Shown: positions 1-41,361, counted from the first letter of the stretch. The stretch is DNA of 64,000 nt from Gekko japonicus (GCF_001447785.1 NW_015169796.1:62001-126000); one strand, 5' to 3'. The notes: generated by a model from the letters alone, not told the origin. Made by a program: numbers and translations.

Positions 1-500
1 TCAATCGCGGACTAAGGGGCGGGGGTGTGGTGTGGTGATGTTCATTGGGGAGGCTTTCTCCTTCAGGGCGCTCCCCCTGTTGGAGATCACGGGCATGGAG
101 TGTGTCCTGGGGACTGTGGAGAGTTTGGCGATCTGGCTAGTGTACCAACCGCCTAACGCACCTTCCAGTTGCCTGCCGTCCCTGCTGGAGGCCGTATCAG
201 GCTGGGCGCTGAAGCACCCTAGGCTTTTGGTCTTGGGTGACTGCAACGTCCATGCTGATGACGTGGCCTCCAGCTGGGCTGCGGACCTGGTATCGTCCAT
301 AGCGGCACTAGGACTCTCTCACCTTATAGCGATCCCCATGCACCTGGCCAGGCACATGTTCGATTTGATCTTCATGGCGGGGATTACAGTAAACCGGATT
401 ACTGCAGTGGCAATTCCATGGTTGGACCACTTTGCCCTGAAGGCTCGTATGAACGACCCGCCGGGGAACCTAATGGACCATGTTCGGCTTCAGATGGCTC
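1..500 (+). mobile_element. Degraded LINE (L2/CR1-type) AP-endonuclease fragment
   Basis: Translation shows LVYQPP, LVLGDCNVH, DLIF and WLDH, decayed versions of the APE motifs YRPP, GDFN, LDL and SDH. Confidence 0.7.
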
Positions 501-2545
501 CCTGTGGCCGTTCTGATGTAAGGGAAACCTTCCAGGGACCGGGGGGGGGGGCGGCGCCCCGTTCCTGTCTATTGTCGANNNNNNNNNNNNNNNNNNNNNN
601 NNNNNNNNNNNNNNNNNNNNNNNNNNNNNNNNNNNNNNNNNNNNNNNNNNNNNNNNNNNNNNNNNNNNNNNNNNNNNNNNNNNNNNNNNNNNNNNNNNNN
701 NNNNNNNNNNNNNNNNNNNNNNNNNNNNNNNNNNNNNNNNNNNNNNNNNNNNNNNNNNNNNNNNNNNNNNNNNNNNNNNNNNNNNNNNNNNNNNNNNNNN
801 NNNNNNNNNNNNNNNNNNNNNNNNNNNNNNNNNNNNNNNNNNNNNNNNNNNNNNNNNNNNNNNNNNNNNNNNNNNNNNNNNNNNNNNNNNNNNNNNNNNN
901 NNNNNNNNNNNNNNNNNNNNNNNNNNNNNNNNNNNNNNNNNNNNNNNNNNNAAGGGTTCCCCCCCCCCCCCCCCAAGTCTGCCTTTGAAGCGTTATGGCC
1001 AGCGGCGCCATTCTCTGCTGATCCATCTCCTAGCAGGCTTTGCCGCTTTGGAGATCAGGCTCGAGACTTTTCTCCCCACTGAACAGAGGCACAGGTCTGG
1101 AAGGGTCCCTTTAAGAGTCCTCCTGCCCCGACAAGGGCCCTCCGCGGATGCAGCGGGCCAGGGATCAGTCGGAGGGCCCTTTAAATGGCGAGAAGCGGAT
1201 TTTGCCCCTAGCAGTGGAAGGCCACCACCCGCGGGCTCAGGGAGGCGGGGGAACCTTTCGGGAGGGGGGGGCCCTCCGCGGCCGTTGCAGTTTTTCCTCG
1301 TCCCCCAGGCCTGGAGGGAGCCTTTAAATTACTACGTGAAATTGTGCCTGATTTCCGAGCTCCCACCACCACCCTTGGAAGTGTGCCTTTGAAGCATTAT
1401 CCAGCGGCGCCATTCTCTACTGATGTCCGAGCAGGCTTTGGAGATCAGGCTGGAGGGTTTTTTCCCCACTGAGTAGAGGCACTGGTCCGGAAGGGTCCCT
1501 TTAAATGTCTAAGGAAGGAAGCGAGAGGGTTGGGTTAGGGGGCGGGGCTTTAGGCGCTCAAAAGAGGCAGACCTCGCTGGAGTTCGCGTGCTTCTCTCCT
1601 GCCTTGCAGGGGTTCTTGGCCTGGCAGCCTCTTTCTCAAAGGTAGGGGGAGACCTGGATACCATTCCTCACAGTTTGTGCTTCTTTTGGGCCACAATTTC
1701 TCCCCAAAGGCCTCAAAACCCATGTCCTGTTGTCCAAGTTCTGGCCAGGGGGCCTCCAACTTCCCCTGATCTCTGCACTTCTGATGTCCTGTTATGGCTC
1801 ATGGGGAGTGGGGTGGATTGTCCTCCAGAGACACCAGCAGCATCTCTGGTCTGGCTGTATTTGCTCGCCACAAAGCTGGTCCTCTGCCACAGGTCAGGCT
1901 TGCAACCTGAAGGAATGGGGCTCTGGTTGTCAGCCTCCAGCTGAGGCCTGGAGATCTCCTGGGGTTAGTATTGATGTGTCTAGACTACAGAGGTCAGTTC
2001 CCCTGAGGGTGGCCAGGTCCTCCCAGCAACCAGTGGGGGACAGGGGATGGAATTGCCAGCTCCAGGTTGGGAAAGTCTTGCAGATTTGGGGACGGGTGGG
2101 GGCCTCAGTGGGGTGCAATGCCATAGAGTCCGCCCCTCCCCCAAAGCATCCATTTTCTGCAGGGGAAACAGATCTCTGTCACTTGTAGATGAGCTGTCAT
2201 TTTGGCCGATCCCCAGGTCCCACCTGGGGGTTGGCATCCCTTGTTCCCCTGCAGAAAACAGCCGTTTTAGAAGGTGGGGTCTATGGCATTATGCCCTGCT
2301 CAGATCCCTTGNNNNNNNNNNNNNNNNNNNNNNNNNNNNNNNNNNNNNNNNNNNNNNNNNNNNNNNNNNNNNNNNNNNNNNNNNNNNNNNNNNNNNNNNN
2401 NNNNNNNNNNNNNNNNNNNNNNNNNNNNNNNNNNNNNNNNNNNNNNNNNNNNNNNNNNNNNNNNNNNNNNNNNNNNNNNNNNNNNNNNNNNNNNNNNNNN
2501 NNNNNNNNNNNNNNNNNNNNNNNNNNNNNNNNNNNNNNNNNNNNN

Positions 2546-2958
2546 CTACACCCTGGGGCTGTCATTCCACTCTGTGGACTCTCATTCCAGTCCCCGAACA
2601 CTCCTGCTACACCCTGGGGCTGTCATTCCACTCTGTGGACTCTCATTCCAGTCACAGAACACTTCTTCTATACCCTGGGGCTGTCATTCCACTCTGTGGA
2701 CTCTCATTCCAGTCCCTGAACACTCCTGCTACACCCTTGGGCTGTCATTCCACTCTGTGGTCTCTCATTCCAGTCACAGAACATTGCCGCTACACCCGGG
2801 GGCTGTCATTCCACTCTGGCCTGTCATCCCAGTCCCAGAACACCCCTGCTACACCCTGGGACTGTCATTTTACTCCGTGGTCTCTCATTCCAGTTCCAGA
2901 CCACTTCTGTTACTCCCAGGGGCTGTCATTCTACTCCGTGGTCTCTCATTCCATCCCC
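2546..2958. repeat. 61-bp minisatellite, about 7 visible copies, left end in an N gap
   Basis: Unit ctacaccctggggctgtcattccactctgtggactctcattccagtccccgaacactcctg starts at 2546, 2607, 2668, 2729, 2790, 2849 and 2910. Confidence 0.95.
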
Positions 2959-3875
2959 AGAGTAGTGTATTTGGGCCTAGAGACCCTAATGGAAAATCCA
3001 TTCCGCATTTTTATTGCAACTCTACTTGTACTGTAATGTATTTCAATGGAGCCCATGCAAGTCAATTGGCATTCCTNNNNNNNNNNCATTATTGCCAAAG
3101 AGCTCTCAAGTGTCGCCCATGGTTTCCAATGTACAATCCTGTCCTTCCTTTTAGTACATCCCCCATTTTCCCATCAAGGTCAGTCTTATCTACTCAGAAT
3201 GGCAGCCGCTTGCCAGAATCTCAAGTGGAGGTCTTTCACATCACCTACTACCTGATCCTTTTGGCTGGAGATGCTGAGGATTGAATCTGGGACCTTCTGC
3301 ATGCCAAGCAGGATTAGGGGTTAGCTCTAAGCACCTGCCTTTCCACTTCTGCACATGGAGGTTTATGCCATTTTAGCTATCGAGTTGGTTCAATCTCCAT
3401 GAGTCTGGCTAATCCTCTTTTAAAGCCATTTCATTAGCTACCAGAATGTTCTGTGGCCACGAGTGCCATACAGTGATTATGTGTGAGGAAGTAGGGGTGT
3501 CTTACCTTGAATCTACTCTCCATCATCTTTTTTTGGTGGCCCCAATTTCTCATGTTATGGGAAAGGGCACAAACACATGTTCACACATGCAAATTTGAAG
3601 TAACAAGGAAAAAGAGTGTCTCTGAGCATATGGAGTTTATACTACCATTTCAGTGACCACAATCCTTAGTGTATTTTCAAAACAGTGTTCCTGGTAGCCA
3701 TTTTATTTTGTGGCTTAAATTGTGGTTTTTAATGTGTGGTTTTATGTTTTTGTCTAATTTATTTTATGTATTTTATTAATACTGTAAGCTCTGTGTGGAA
3801 GAATGATGGCTAGTAAATATTTTAAATAAATTAATACACATTGGTTTAAAATAAAATCCATAAACGACAGTTATA

Positions 3876-4140
3876 TTAAGACCAACAAGAATGACACAAA
3901 ACCGTGTGTATGTTTTTGAATTCTCTGTAGCTCTTCATTAAGTTAGATGTTTAAAATGGGGGGGGGGGGGTTTCCAGCTCCTGGCTGGAGATATTTGAGA
4001 GGCAAGCATCCCGGGGCATAGAAGAACAATAACAACCACTGCTGTGAATATAAAATTTAGAATGTGTGTGTGTTTTTAATGTCCAGCCTGATGGAACTGC
4101 AGGAACTTGAAAATGTGCACACCGTTTTGTATCATTTTCC
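3876..4140. mobile_element. Decayed Penelope-like fold-back element
   Basis: Inverted arms at about 3890-3956 and 4074-4138, with degenerate ctgatg...gaaa motifs. Confidence 0.5.
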
Positions 4141-6346
4141 TTGATACACAGTGTTATATGGATTTTGGTTTTGGACACAATAATCCCTCAATTTCTGAAA
4201 CGGCTTGTTATCAAATCTGTCCAGTAGAGGTCCTTACATGCAAATAAACCCTTGGCTTGATTTATAACCAGATTTTAAAACTGAGACCTTTCTTATACCT
4301 CTCCCCGTTTATTTTATCTGCAGGCGGGCACATGCCTGTGCCCAGATCTCCTCAATGGAGGTTTCGCCCTCCTTGTTCATAAACCAGATCAAACCCTATT
4401 TCTAAAGGCAGGCTAAAAGCGCAACGCATGAACAAGAAGACTTCAGGCTTTTCCTGATCTGAATAGACCATTTTGTACAACAGAAGCTTTCTCTGCAAAG
4501 GAGCTTTGTTTTGACCCAGTAGCTCAGCATGTGAAAAGTACAATTAATTACCTTGTCAATATCAGCCTTAGGAAACAGAACAAAAATCAAAGCAAAAGTG
4601 GTAGATTTTTTTTTTGGTAAGAGAGAGACTTCAGCCCCACTATCAGCACCATCTTAGTCAAACATTGAGAGGTGTGTATTTCTGAATGCTGTCTTCTCCT
4701 GCCTCCACCTCCTCATTCTCTACCTGACCAGACATAGATCACCATTCTTCCAAGGACAAGAAAGATATTGGGGAGATATTGATTCCTATTATATTTCAAA
4801 GACAATCTGCATTTGCTTGTGGCAACTAGTTATTATGTCCGCAAGCATATCTACTGTGGGTTAATATTCTGCACAGCGTGAGGTAGGTACGTCAGCAGCC
4901 TACGCACATGGAGAATGCACTTGATGCGAAGAAGTTGACACTTTTGAAACAAACTGTCATCTTGTCAGGTGAATCAACCTTTTCTTAACACAAGTAGATG
5001 ACACGTTTGATCCTCAGAAAAAGCAATGTTCCTGCTTCTGGACACACAAGCCAAAGGGCCACATGTCCTACAGAGGAAGGTGCCAATAAGGCCTGTAGCA
5101 ACAGTGGGGCATTTTGGGTCTCTGCCCCCTCAAATGTGAGGCACGCCCCACAACATCTGCTGCCCTCCTCCTCCTCCTGTGACATTAAAAGGGCCCTCCA
5201 GCTGAGTGGTGGGAGCACATGGCCCGCCAATCAGCTGGTAGGCCCTTTAAATCTTGCAGCCACCCTCTCCTTCCCCTCCTCCAAGATTTAAATGGCCCAC
5301 CAGATGATCAGGGAGCCCTTTAAATCTTGCAGGTGAGCAAGAGGGGTGGCTGCCAGCCTCACACCTTCCCTGAACTTCAAGCACTGCTTGGGCAGCCCCT
5401 GCTAGAAAAACCGCATTTAAATGGAACCCTTTAAATGCTGTTTTGCTAGCGGGGGCTGCCCGTGCCTGATCTCCATGCATGAAATCACCACTTGGAGTTC
5501 AGGGGAGGTATGTGGCCACCCCTCTCCCCTGCCACCCCGCAAAATTTCCCCATGCTCCATCAACCCAGAATTTCTGGCTATGGGGCTGCTGCCAATACCA
5601 CTGGGTGGAATGTCCTTTTTGAAGAGGTCAGGCAGTTTCCCATGCTTCTATCATTCCACAGAATGCGTAAAATGGAACTGGTCAGGAGGACCTCTTTATG
5701 AAGGGTCACACCATTTGTCCAGGGTAAGAGGGTCACAGTTAATGCTGTTGAAATTTTGAGTAATTTTAATCGCTTTCCTCACTGTATGAATTGTAGTCGC
5801 ACCATTTTGGGGTGCAGTTTTATTGCATCATTGTATGCATCATGATGCTCATTGCATTCTTTTTAACTGTATAATCCACCTTAAGTCTCAGGGAGAAAGA
5901 TGAACCATAAAGGAAATACGCACAAGGGGGCACGATTAGGATGATTTTCTGTATGCACAGGGCTGGATAATAAGGCCAAACTATGACATGGGAGATCTGT
6001 GGTGTCCTATCCTGCGTCTTTAATTTAATAGCAGCTGTTGGAGAGAGGAGTGGGACAGGTAGTACTGCTGTGGTTAAGCCTTTCATGCCATTTCCCAGAT
6101 CTAAATCACATATATATACATGCTAGGGAGGAAACAGTATAGGCATCTGCATATTGTGCATGGGTAGATTGACTGGATTTTTACTTCTTGAGGCTAATAG
6201 CAGCCTGAGGAATTGATTTCACTGAGGAAAACAGCACAGGGGAAAGAGCTAAGAGAAACTTGCCCCCTGATCCAATTACAGTTCATCCCCACCCCCACCT
6301 CCAACTCCATTTAAACTACATTTTAAATCACAAGATCCAAACACAG

Positions 6347-6583
6347 CCCTGACCTGGATAGCCCAGGCAAGCCCAATCTTGTCAGATCTCGGAAGCTAAG
6401 CTGGGTCGACTCTGGCAAGTACTTGGATCGGAGACCTCCTTGGAATACCAGTAGTCGGGAGGTGGGGGCAGGCTTTATTCAGCCACCTCTCTAAATATCC
6501 TCCTGGCCCCCAGTAAGGATCAGTCACCAGAGGTTGCCATGACTTCCAGGTGCACACAAACTCACACAAATATATAAAAAAAG
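6347..6583 (+). mobile_element. 5S rRNA-derived SINE with 17-bp TSD
   Basis: Head resembles the 5S internal region (gatctcggaagctaagc...gtacttggat.ggagacc), A-rich tail, TSD acaagatccaaacacag at 6330-6346 and 6584-6600. Confidence 0.85.
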
Positions 6584-7057
6584 ACAAGATCCAAACACAG
6601 ATCTCAAGTGTTGTGTCTGCTTTGGCATTTAGGTGGGTGTTCAAATTCAGGCCGCACATACAAGGGACCCATCAGATCCTCCTCACACACACGCACCCTT
6701 GAACTTGGGCATGACTGAATGAGCGTGAACTGTTCCGCATGTTCCACTGGATTTCTGCTGCTGTTGCAGACATCTTCCACACTTAACCCAAGTGGAGATG
6801 CTGTGGCTCCATGGTAGAGCCTCTGCTTGGAATGCAGAAGGTCCCAGATCAAACCCAGGCACCTCCAGTTAAAAGGACTGGGTATTCAGATCTTAAAGTC
6901 TTTTGGAGACTTTTGGAGTCTTTAAGCAGCTTGGGAGGAAGGGCACACAAAACTAAATAGAAGCCTTCACCTTCTGATCCTTCGTGTCACAAAGGAGTTA
7001 ATAAAATGTCTGTTAAATAGCTGATGTAATGTAACTTTAAAACAAAAGAGGAAGACT

Positions 7058-7408
7058 GGTAAAGGTAAAGGTTTGCCTTGCTCTAAAGTCAGTTGAATCC
7101 GACTCTAGGGTTGCGGTGCTCATCTCTGTTTCCAAGACAAAGAGCCAGCACTGTCCGAAGACTTCTCAATGGTCATGTGGCTGGCATGATTAGACGCCGA
7201 GGCGCATGGAATGCTGTTACCTTCCCACCGAAGTGGTATCTATTTGTCTACTTGCAATTTCTTGCTTTCAAACTGCTAGGTTGGCAGGAGCTGGAACCAG
7301 AGACGGGAGCTCACTCCGTCATGCGGCACTCGGGTCTCGAACTGCTGAACTACCGACCTTCCACCCTGCAGTTCAGCGTCTTAACCACTGAGCCACCGCA
7401 GCTCCTAA
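7058..7408 (-). mobile_element. Sauria SINE
   Basis: (ACCTTT)n tail seen as aaaggtaaaggt, body gtcatgtggctggcatga...ttaccttcccacc...tatttgtctacttgc. Confidence 0.85.
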
Positions 7409-8643
7409 AAGGAAGACTATGGACTAATAAAACACAAAAGAAGATAAAATCTGTTTGAAAACTTGCAGAGCTACGGAGCTGTGATTTCTGCCTCCTCATA
7501 CCACATCATGCCCAAAGGACTGGGTAGTAAGGGATGTGAAAGACCTCTGCCTGAGACCCTGGAGAGACTATCTGATAGACTATTGGGCCTGAGTCATCAT
7601 CAGGCAGCTTCTTGTGTTTGTCATTTACGCCAGGGAAGGGCTCCTCCTGCCTCTTCCAGTCATTTCCCACTGCATCACTTACCCAGAAGGCTGAGAAGCA
7701 ACTACAAAGGACATGCGTCTGCATTAGCCCCCTGTAGCCTTTCGAGAAGTCAGCCCCAGCATTCCGAATGCCCCTTGCGCATTTAATAACAGAGATCTTC
7801 TTTGTCTCCAGACAAATCCCCGTTTTGCTGCTGCATTCCTGTGTCACTCTCATTGCCTAGAGGGCCACGAGGGAGACTCATGGTTAGAAACACTCATTTG
7901 CTGGAAGGCAGCCAAGCTCTCGGCATTTCCAGCGTTTTCATTTGTCATCTGAGGGCAGGTCGTCTCTGATGACCCTTCCCCTCGCTCCTCTGGAAACCTG
8001 ACAGCATTATTAAGCGTCACCTGGTTCCCTTCCCAGTCTTGCGCCTTTGACTGTGCCAAGCGGAAATTGCAGCTCTTTGGGTGACACAGACAGGGAGAGA
8101 TGCAATCAGTCCTGGGCACAGGCTGGTCTTCTTTGCAATTTATCCTGGCGGAGATGTGATGTGTGGGCGATGATCTTGTGCGCAGTATTTGTGAGGTGTG
8201 TTTGATGAGGAGGGCAGCCCCAAAGCCTTCTAGGATTCAGCAAATCTAGGTCAAAGACTCTTCTCATACAACAGTCTTCACAAATCCCCCACAGAGGTTT
8301 CTATCAGAAATGAAAGCGCGAAGGCATCAATGCTATATATGATAAATCACACGTCTCAGAACAGCATACCAACCTAGTCCCGGGTGGTGTTACTTTGCTA
8401 CTTTGACCCAAGTCAAAGTTATCTCATTGTCTTTATTGGGAAGAGTGGTTTCATGGTGTTACAATCTACCAATTAAGATCTTTTTTTTTCAAGCCAGAGT
8501 CTCTATACCTTTACTTGCGGAGGTTGGCAGCAACAGGGTCTTTCAGTGGTGGCATCTTACCTTTGGAATTCTTCTCCCTCTTGAGGCTCACCTGGCACCT
8601 GCCTTACTTTCCTTTGGGAGCCAGGTCAAAACATGCCTCCCCC

Positions 8644-9169
8644 CAGGGGTCGTTTCGTAGAAAAAGAGNNNNNNNNNNNNNNNNNNNNNNNNNNNNNNNN
8701 NNNNNNNNNNNNNNNNNNNNNNNNNNNNNNNNNNNNNNNNNNNNNNNNNNNNNNNNNNNNNNNNNNNNNNNNNNNNNNNNNNNNNNNNNNNNNNNNNNNN
8801 NNNNNNNNNNNNNNNNNNNNNNNNNNNNNNNNNNNNNNNNNNNNNNNNNNNNNNNNNNNNNNNNNNNNNNNNNNNNNNNNNNNNNNNNNNNNNNNNNNNN
8901 NNNNNNNNNNNNNNNNNNNNNNNNNNNNNNNNNNNNNNNNNNNNNNNNNNNNNNNNNNNNNNNNNNNNNNNNNNNNNNNNNNNNNNNNNNNNNNNNNNNN
9001 NNNNNNNNNNNNNNNNNNNNNNNNNNNNNNNNNNNNNNNNNNNNNNNNNNNNNNNNNNNNNNNNNNNNNNNNNNNNNNNNNNNNNNNNNNNNNNNNNNNN
9101 NNNNNNNNNNNNNNNNNNNNNNNNNNNNNNNNNNNNNNNNNNCTGCGATCCCCCCCGAAATGACCTCTG
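8644..9169 (+). mobile_element. hAT-type MITE (CAGGGGTCGTTTCG family), interior in a gap
   Basis: Terminal inverted repeats (TIRs) caggggtcgtttcg / cgaaatgacctctg, 8-bp TSD cctccccc. Confidence 0.85.
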
Positions 9170-10276
9170 CCTCCCCCAAACAGGTAGTGGCCTCCACCAC
9201 TGCTGGAGAGGACACCGGAGAGCCAGACAGCCCAGAAGTGGGCTGTAAGAGTGAAGGCTGGCAGCTGGGAAGGGCCAGCGTAAGAAGAAAATGGAGGGGG
9301 GAGGCTAGGCTTGCTACCCAGGAGGGGCAGCAAAGGACAGACAGCCCTGAGAGTGGGCATTCACCCTCCTTTGATCACTTCCAGGAAGAGGTAGGGCTGA
9401 ACTCTGACTGGAGCCAAGGTCCGGCGGGTGGGGCCAAGGGTGGTATAGAAGGGAGGCTATCAAGCCAAGGAGAAAAAACTGGGTGGAGCATACAAGGTGA
9501 GTAAGCTCACTTGGAGGGGGGAAAGAGGACCAGGGTGCCTGAACCCCCTCTCCTTCCCATTCTGAGGCCAGCAGAGGGGCCCGGCCAGCCCAAACCCACC
9601 CAGGATGGCAGAGGGAGGGTGAGCAAGCCAAAACAGCAAAGGGGAAGCCACAGGGTTTGTTTCATGCTGTTCTGGATGGCTTATTAGGTTATATTTATTC
9701 TTTTGGTTGTGGCTCAAGCAGGTCTCTGGAGAGGCAGCCTATACATTTTCTAAATCAAGAGACCCCGTACTGGGAAGGCCAAAAAGAAGAAGGTCCCGCG
9801 TGCAACAGCCACGCATAGGATACAAAACGAGCTCTGAGTCCTCCGAGAGCTTATGCTGCAATAAATGTGGTTAGCCTTTCAGGTGCTACTGGACTCCTGT
9901 TTTATTTTGCTGCAGCAGATGCTTTTCAGCCATGAATCATAAGTACTTTGTACACACTAAATAATACATCTTGATATCATTGAGCTCACCCCTAGCACAG
10001 ATGATACCGTGGGAGGAAATTGCTGTGTAAGGAAGGCTGCTTTCTTTGAAGATGAGAAGCAAGACGGGGACTAACTGATGTTTGCTCCGAGTTCCACTAG
10101 CAAAAGGGGCAAGCTAGCTAAAGGTGGAATCCCAAAGTCCTGGCATTTGACCCAATACCAAGAAGCTCCATTGACCCACAAGAGGGAAGAAAGCAGCCCA
10201 AGGAGCTCTCCGGGTCTTGGAGGAGGCGAGGTGGACTTTGTGGCTTGAAGGGGGGAGCCTTTGACAGAGCTTTCTT

Positions 10277-37931
<27,655 letters not shown>

Positions 37932-40900
37932 GGGTTTCGGCTTCCCTAGAAGAGCAGAGTGGTCAGCTTCTAACTTTGCTCCCTCTTCTTCCTGAGGAGT
38001 CTACGAGCCTAGAACCTGCAAGAGAAAGAATGTGGCCAGATCCCTATCCCAAAAGTCCAGCTTCCAAAATAAAAACATCCTAAATGAATGTGTGTTTAGT
38101 GTTAAAGCCCAGAACAAAAGCCTTGCAGTACTTTTTATTGAGAGCAATCTGAATAACTCCTGGTTTTGCTCCTTCCCAGGCAACCAAAAGATGCAACCTG
38201 GCACCAGTTCCACCCAGCACCACCTTATATTTTCAAATCTTCCTGGCAACCTACACAGGATGCTTGCAAAAGGTCTTACAATCAGGGCCTGAAATCTCCC
38301 CCCCCACACACACACACAAACACACACTTTCCCTGCCTTTCTAACAACCGAAGGATTCTGTAGGACCTGAACATTGGCACACTATTTTGTGTTATGGTTT
38401 ATTTGTTTATTTTATTTATATCCCACCCTTCCCACCAAGGCGGGCTCAAGGTGACTTGCAACAATTCATAAAATACAATTAGAATACAATCAAAACATAT
38501 AATAAGCATATAAACAACTTAAAGTAACAATCATTTGAAACACAGACACATAAAAACGCTGGAACATGTCAAGTAATAAGAGCAGCAATTCTTTATGGCA
38601 TAACTTAGGTAACTGTTGGCTACTTTTACATGGCTGCTGACAACTTTAGCCTCTTCCTTGCCTTCCACTGCCAGCCAAAAGAAACCCCCTGCAACAAAGC
38701 TTCAGCATAACCTCCAGTTCTGAAGTTTTCCAATTGCTTTCCAAATGTCAGAAATAATTCTGTTCACTGTTCTGGCCGGCTCTTGATTAGGACATTTTTA
38801 ACTAAGCATTCCTAGTGGTTAGCTGGGATCCCCGGGGAAGGAAGAATAACAGCATCATCACCCCCAATCGTAACAGGGCAGCAAGTGATGAGCAGAAATG
38901 TAGATCTATGAAGAGCATTTAAAAAGGTGCCATTTAGAGGACTGGCATGGGGGGGGGGATCCCTCAAAAGCCTCCCCTTTCACTTTGAACGTTTCTAAGA
39001 GTGAAAATTCAGTAAGGATCTACTCTTTATATTGTTCTTCCTAAAGAACGAACCTACCTTTTTTGATCTCTGCTCCTACTGTTTATTATTGTTCACAGCA
39101 TCTTCCTTTTTTGGCTTCGCCAAGCACAGCAGCACATCTTATTGGTGTACTTTTTACCTCTTCACCTGGGAGGCACCCCCCCCCCCAATATTTTGCTCCA
39201 GTGGCATTACAACCTTATAACAAGCCCATTCCCATGTAGACAGTCATCAGAGTATCTAAACTGAATATTTCAGGTCAATCACATAAATGACGGATCTTGC
39301 TCATTTCAGTGAGGTTTTCTTACTAGCAAATAAGTTTAGTATTGCAGCCCAAATTGTATCTTTTCTTTTCTTTCCCACTTAATTAGATAGGGTTTACTTA
39401 CCAGCAGATAAGATTGCAGTTCATATCATATCATGTCCTTCCTTCCTATCCCACTGTCTCTCCAGTTACAAAAAGACAGGTAAGATTCAACCTGAAACTC
39501 CCATTCTCTTGCTCAGGCTCCAACTTGTTGCCTCACTGTCAGTAATGGGATCCTTACCATTACTGAGTGCCTCACAGTCAGCTCGTCTCCCTGGCACTGG
39601 TGGTGGCATAGAAGAAGAATGCCCCTCCTGGTGAATTTATTCTAGCCTTTTATCTGGGGAGGATATGAGGAATCCTTGCTCAGGAAGATGTAATTGGAAG
39701 CTCAAACATATTCCATTCAGCCCTGGAGCTCTGTTTGCGTCAGAGGCTGGGAAGGGGGAATGTGGACTAGTAAGGGGGGAGATTGCAGAGATTATCTACC
39801 GCACCGAAGCACCTGCAATCCACGGCTTTTTATCAGGGTTTATCTCTCAAACACATGTGTTGTCACAGTGTTCAGAAAGTAAACAGCAGAACCCTGACTA
39901 GGGTTGCCAACTCTGCCTTGGGGAATTCCTGGAGATTTAGTGCTGGGGAAGATGGAGTTTGGGGAGGGGGCTCAGCAAAGCCCTGATGCCATAGAGTCCA
40001 CCCTCTAAAAGAGCCCTTTCCTCCAGGGGAACTGATCTCTGTAGACTGGAGATCAAGCATAATTCTGGGAGAATTCCAGGACCCAGTTTGAAGTTGGTAA
40101 TCCTAAAGGCCTCAGTTCCGCACCTTCCCTGGACCCCATCAACCTTCCCAGTTCATGGGATTCAGGCTTCTGCCTTGAGGTCTCCCCTCAAAATCCCCCT
40201 CCACAAAAATCTCTGGATTGTAGGACCAAACTGAGCTGAACAATCATCTAGTTCTTCCCTTTATCTGAGGCAGCATCCAACAACCAGAGGAAACCGTATA
40301 TTGAAAGATTACTGACCAAGGTACAATGGGGTACAGGAAGACAATGAGAAGAACGAAGAAGACAAACCTTTTCTGAGCCTAAAATCTTCAAGCTGAGGCC
40401 AACGAATTTTCAGCCTCACCTCGTTTTAAACCTCGCCCAAATCCAAAATGTGCGTGGAGGAGGGAAGTCAAATCCCGGTCAGGACTTCCAAACTATATCA
40501 TTATTTGGGTTCAGAATGACTAAGATCCCCAAACAATTCCACTCTCTTTATAGACTTATATTCCCCAAGGACTCAGCACAACCCAAATATTAATCATAGT
40601 CACAGAAGTAACAGCAACCGTAGTAGGCAGGGTTGCTAACTCCAAGTTGGGAAATTCCTGGACGTTTGGGGATAGAGCATAGTTTGGGGAGGGGGAGGAT
40701 CTTAGCAGGGTATATTGCCATAAAGCCCACCCTCCAGAGGAGTAATTTTCTCCAGGGAAACTGATTCTTGTAGTCTGGAGATCCATTGTAATTCCGGGAG
40801 ATCTCCAGGCCCCACATGAAGATCGTCAAGCCTTGGTAGGAGTGGTAGTAGGCAGAGAAGCAGTGGTAAAACCAGTAGTTACAAAAACAGAAGGAGTAAC

Positions 40901-41078
40901 AAGATCAGGAACAGCACTTTTAAAAACATTAGTAACTGCAACAGGGGTACTAGTAGTAATCACAGCCATAAGGTAGGATCCTTCATATTCCAAGAGGTCT
41001 CTGTGACATTGTTTGTACCTGAGCTGTATTATATTCTTTTGGAAGTCACCAGTTACCACAACAGGCTATAGGTAAAGC

Positions 41079-41361
41079 CAGGTCCATAGATACAGTGGGG
41101 CATTTCGGGGCCTGGCCCCCTGACTTCCTGCCAAGGCCCCCTGACTTCCATGCAGCCCGCAGGCCCCCCAACTCTCTGGGCCACCCCACCACTGCCCCTT
41201 CCCCAAGTGCAGCTTGCTTCCCCGTGTAGGCAAGCAGACTGCGAACACTGCAAAAGTGCGTTTTAAAATTTTTATTTTTAGTTTATTTCTTATTTTGTGA
41301 CATTAGTGCCCCCAACTTATTTAAAGGCCCCTCAAATTACAAAATCCTGGCTATAGCCCTG
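41079..41361. mobile_element. hAT-type MITE
   Basis: Degenerate TIR caggtccatag / ctatagccctg, TSD ggtaaagc/ggtaaaac. Confidence 0.6.

Noticed and set aside
579-951. ORFs spanning N runs here and at 2312-2545, 8669-9142, 43425-43571 and 57425-57477
   Set aside because: They are artefacts of translating assembly gaps.
2546-2958. CRISPR-like regularly spaced repeats
   Set aside because: There are no unique spacers, since whole units repeat. The context is vertebrate and no cas genes are present.
6365-6455. 5S rRNA gene
   Set aside because: It lacks authentic 5S ends, is diverged, and is fused to a body and tail within a TSD, so it is a SINE head.
8515-9504. Long ORF ending at a strong AG|GTGAGT donor (about 9496)
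   Set aside because: Its length is inflated by the N gap and a MITE. No homology or convincing acceptor was recognised.
9690-9910. SLC18A1 polyadenylation signal (minus-strand AATAAA near 9901-9906 and 9694-9699)
   Set aside because: Both are plausible, one lies in a repeat fragment, and I cannot choose between them without 3'-end data.
40826-41059. Thr/Val-rich mucin-like ORF
   Set aside because: It derives from decayed AGT/AGC-type low-complexity sequence interrupted by a MITE.
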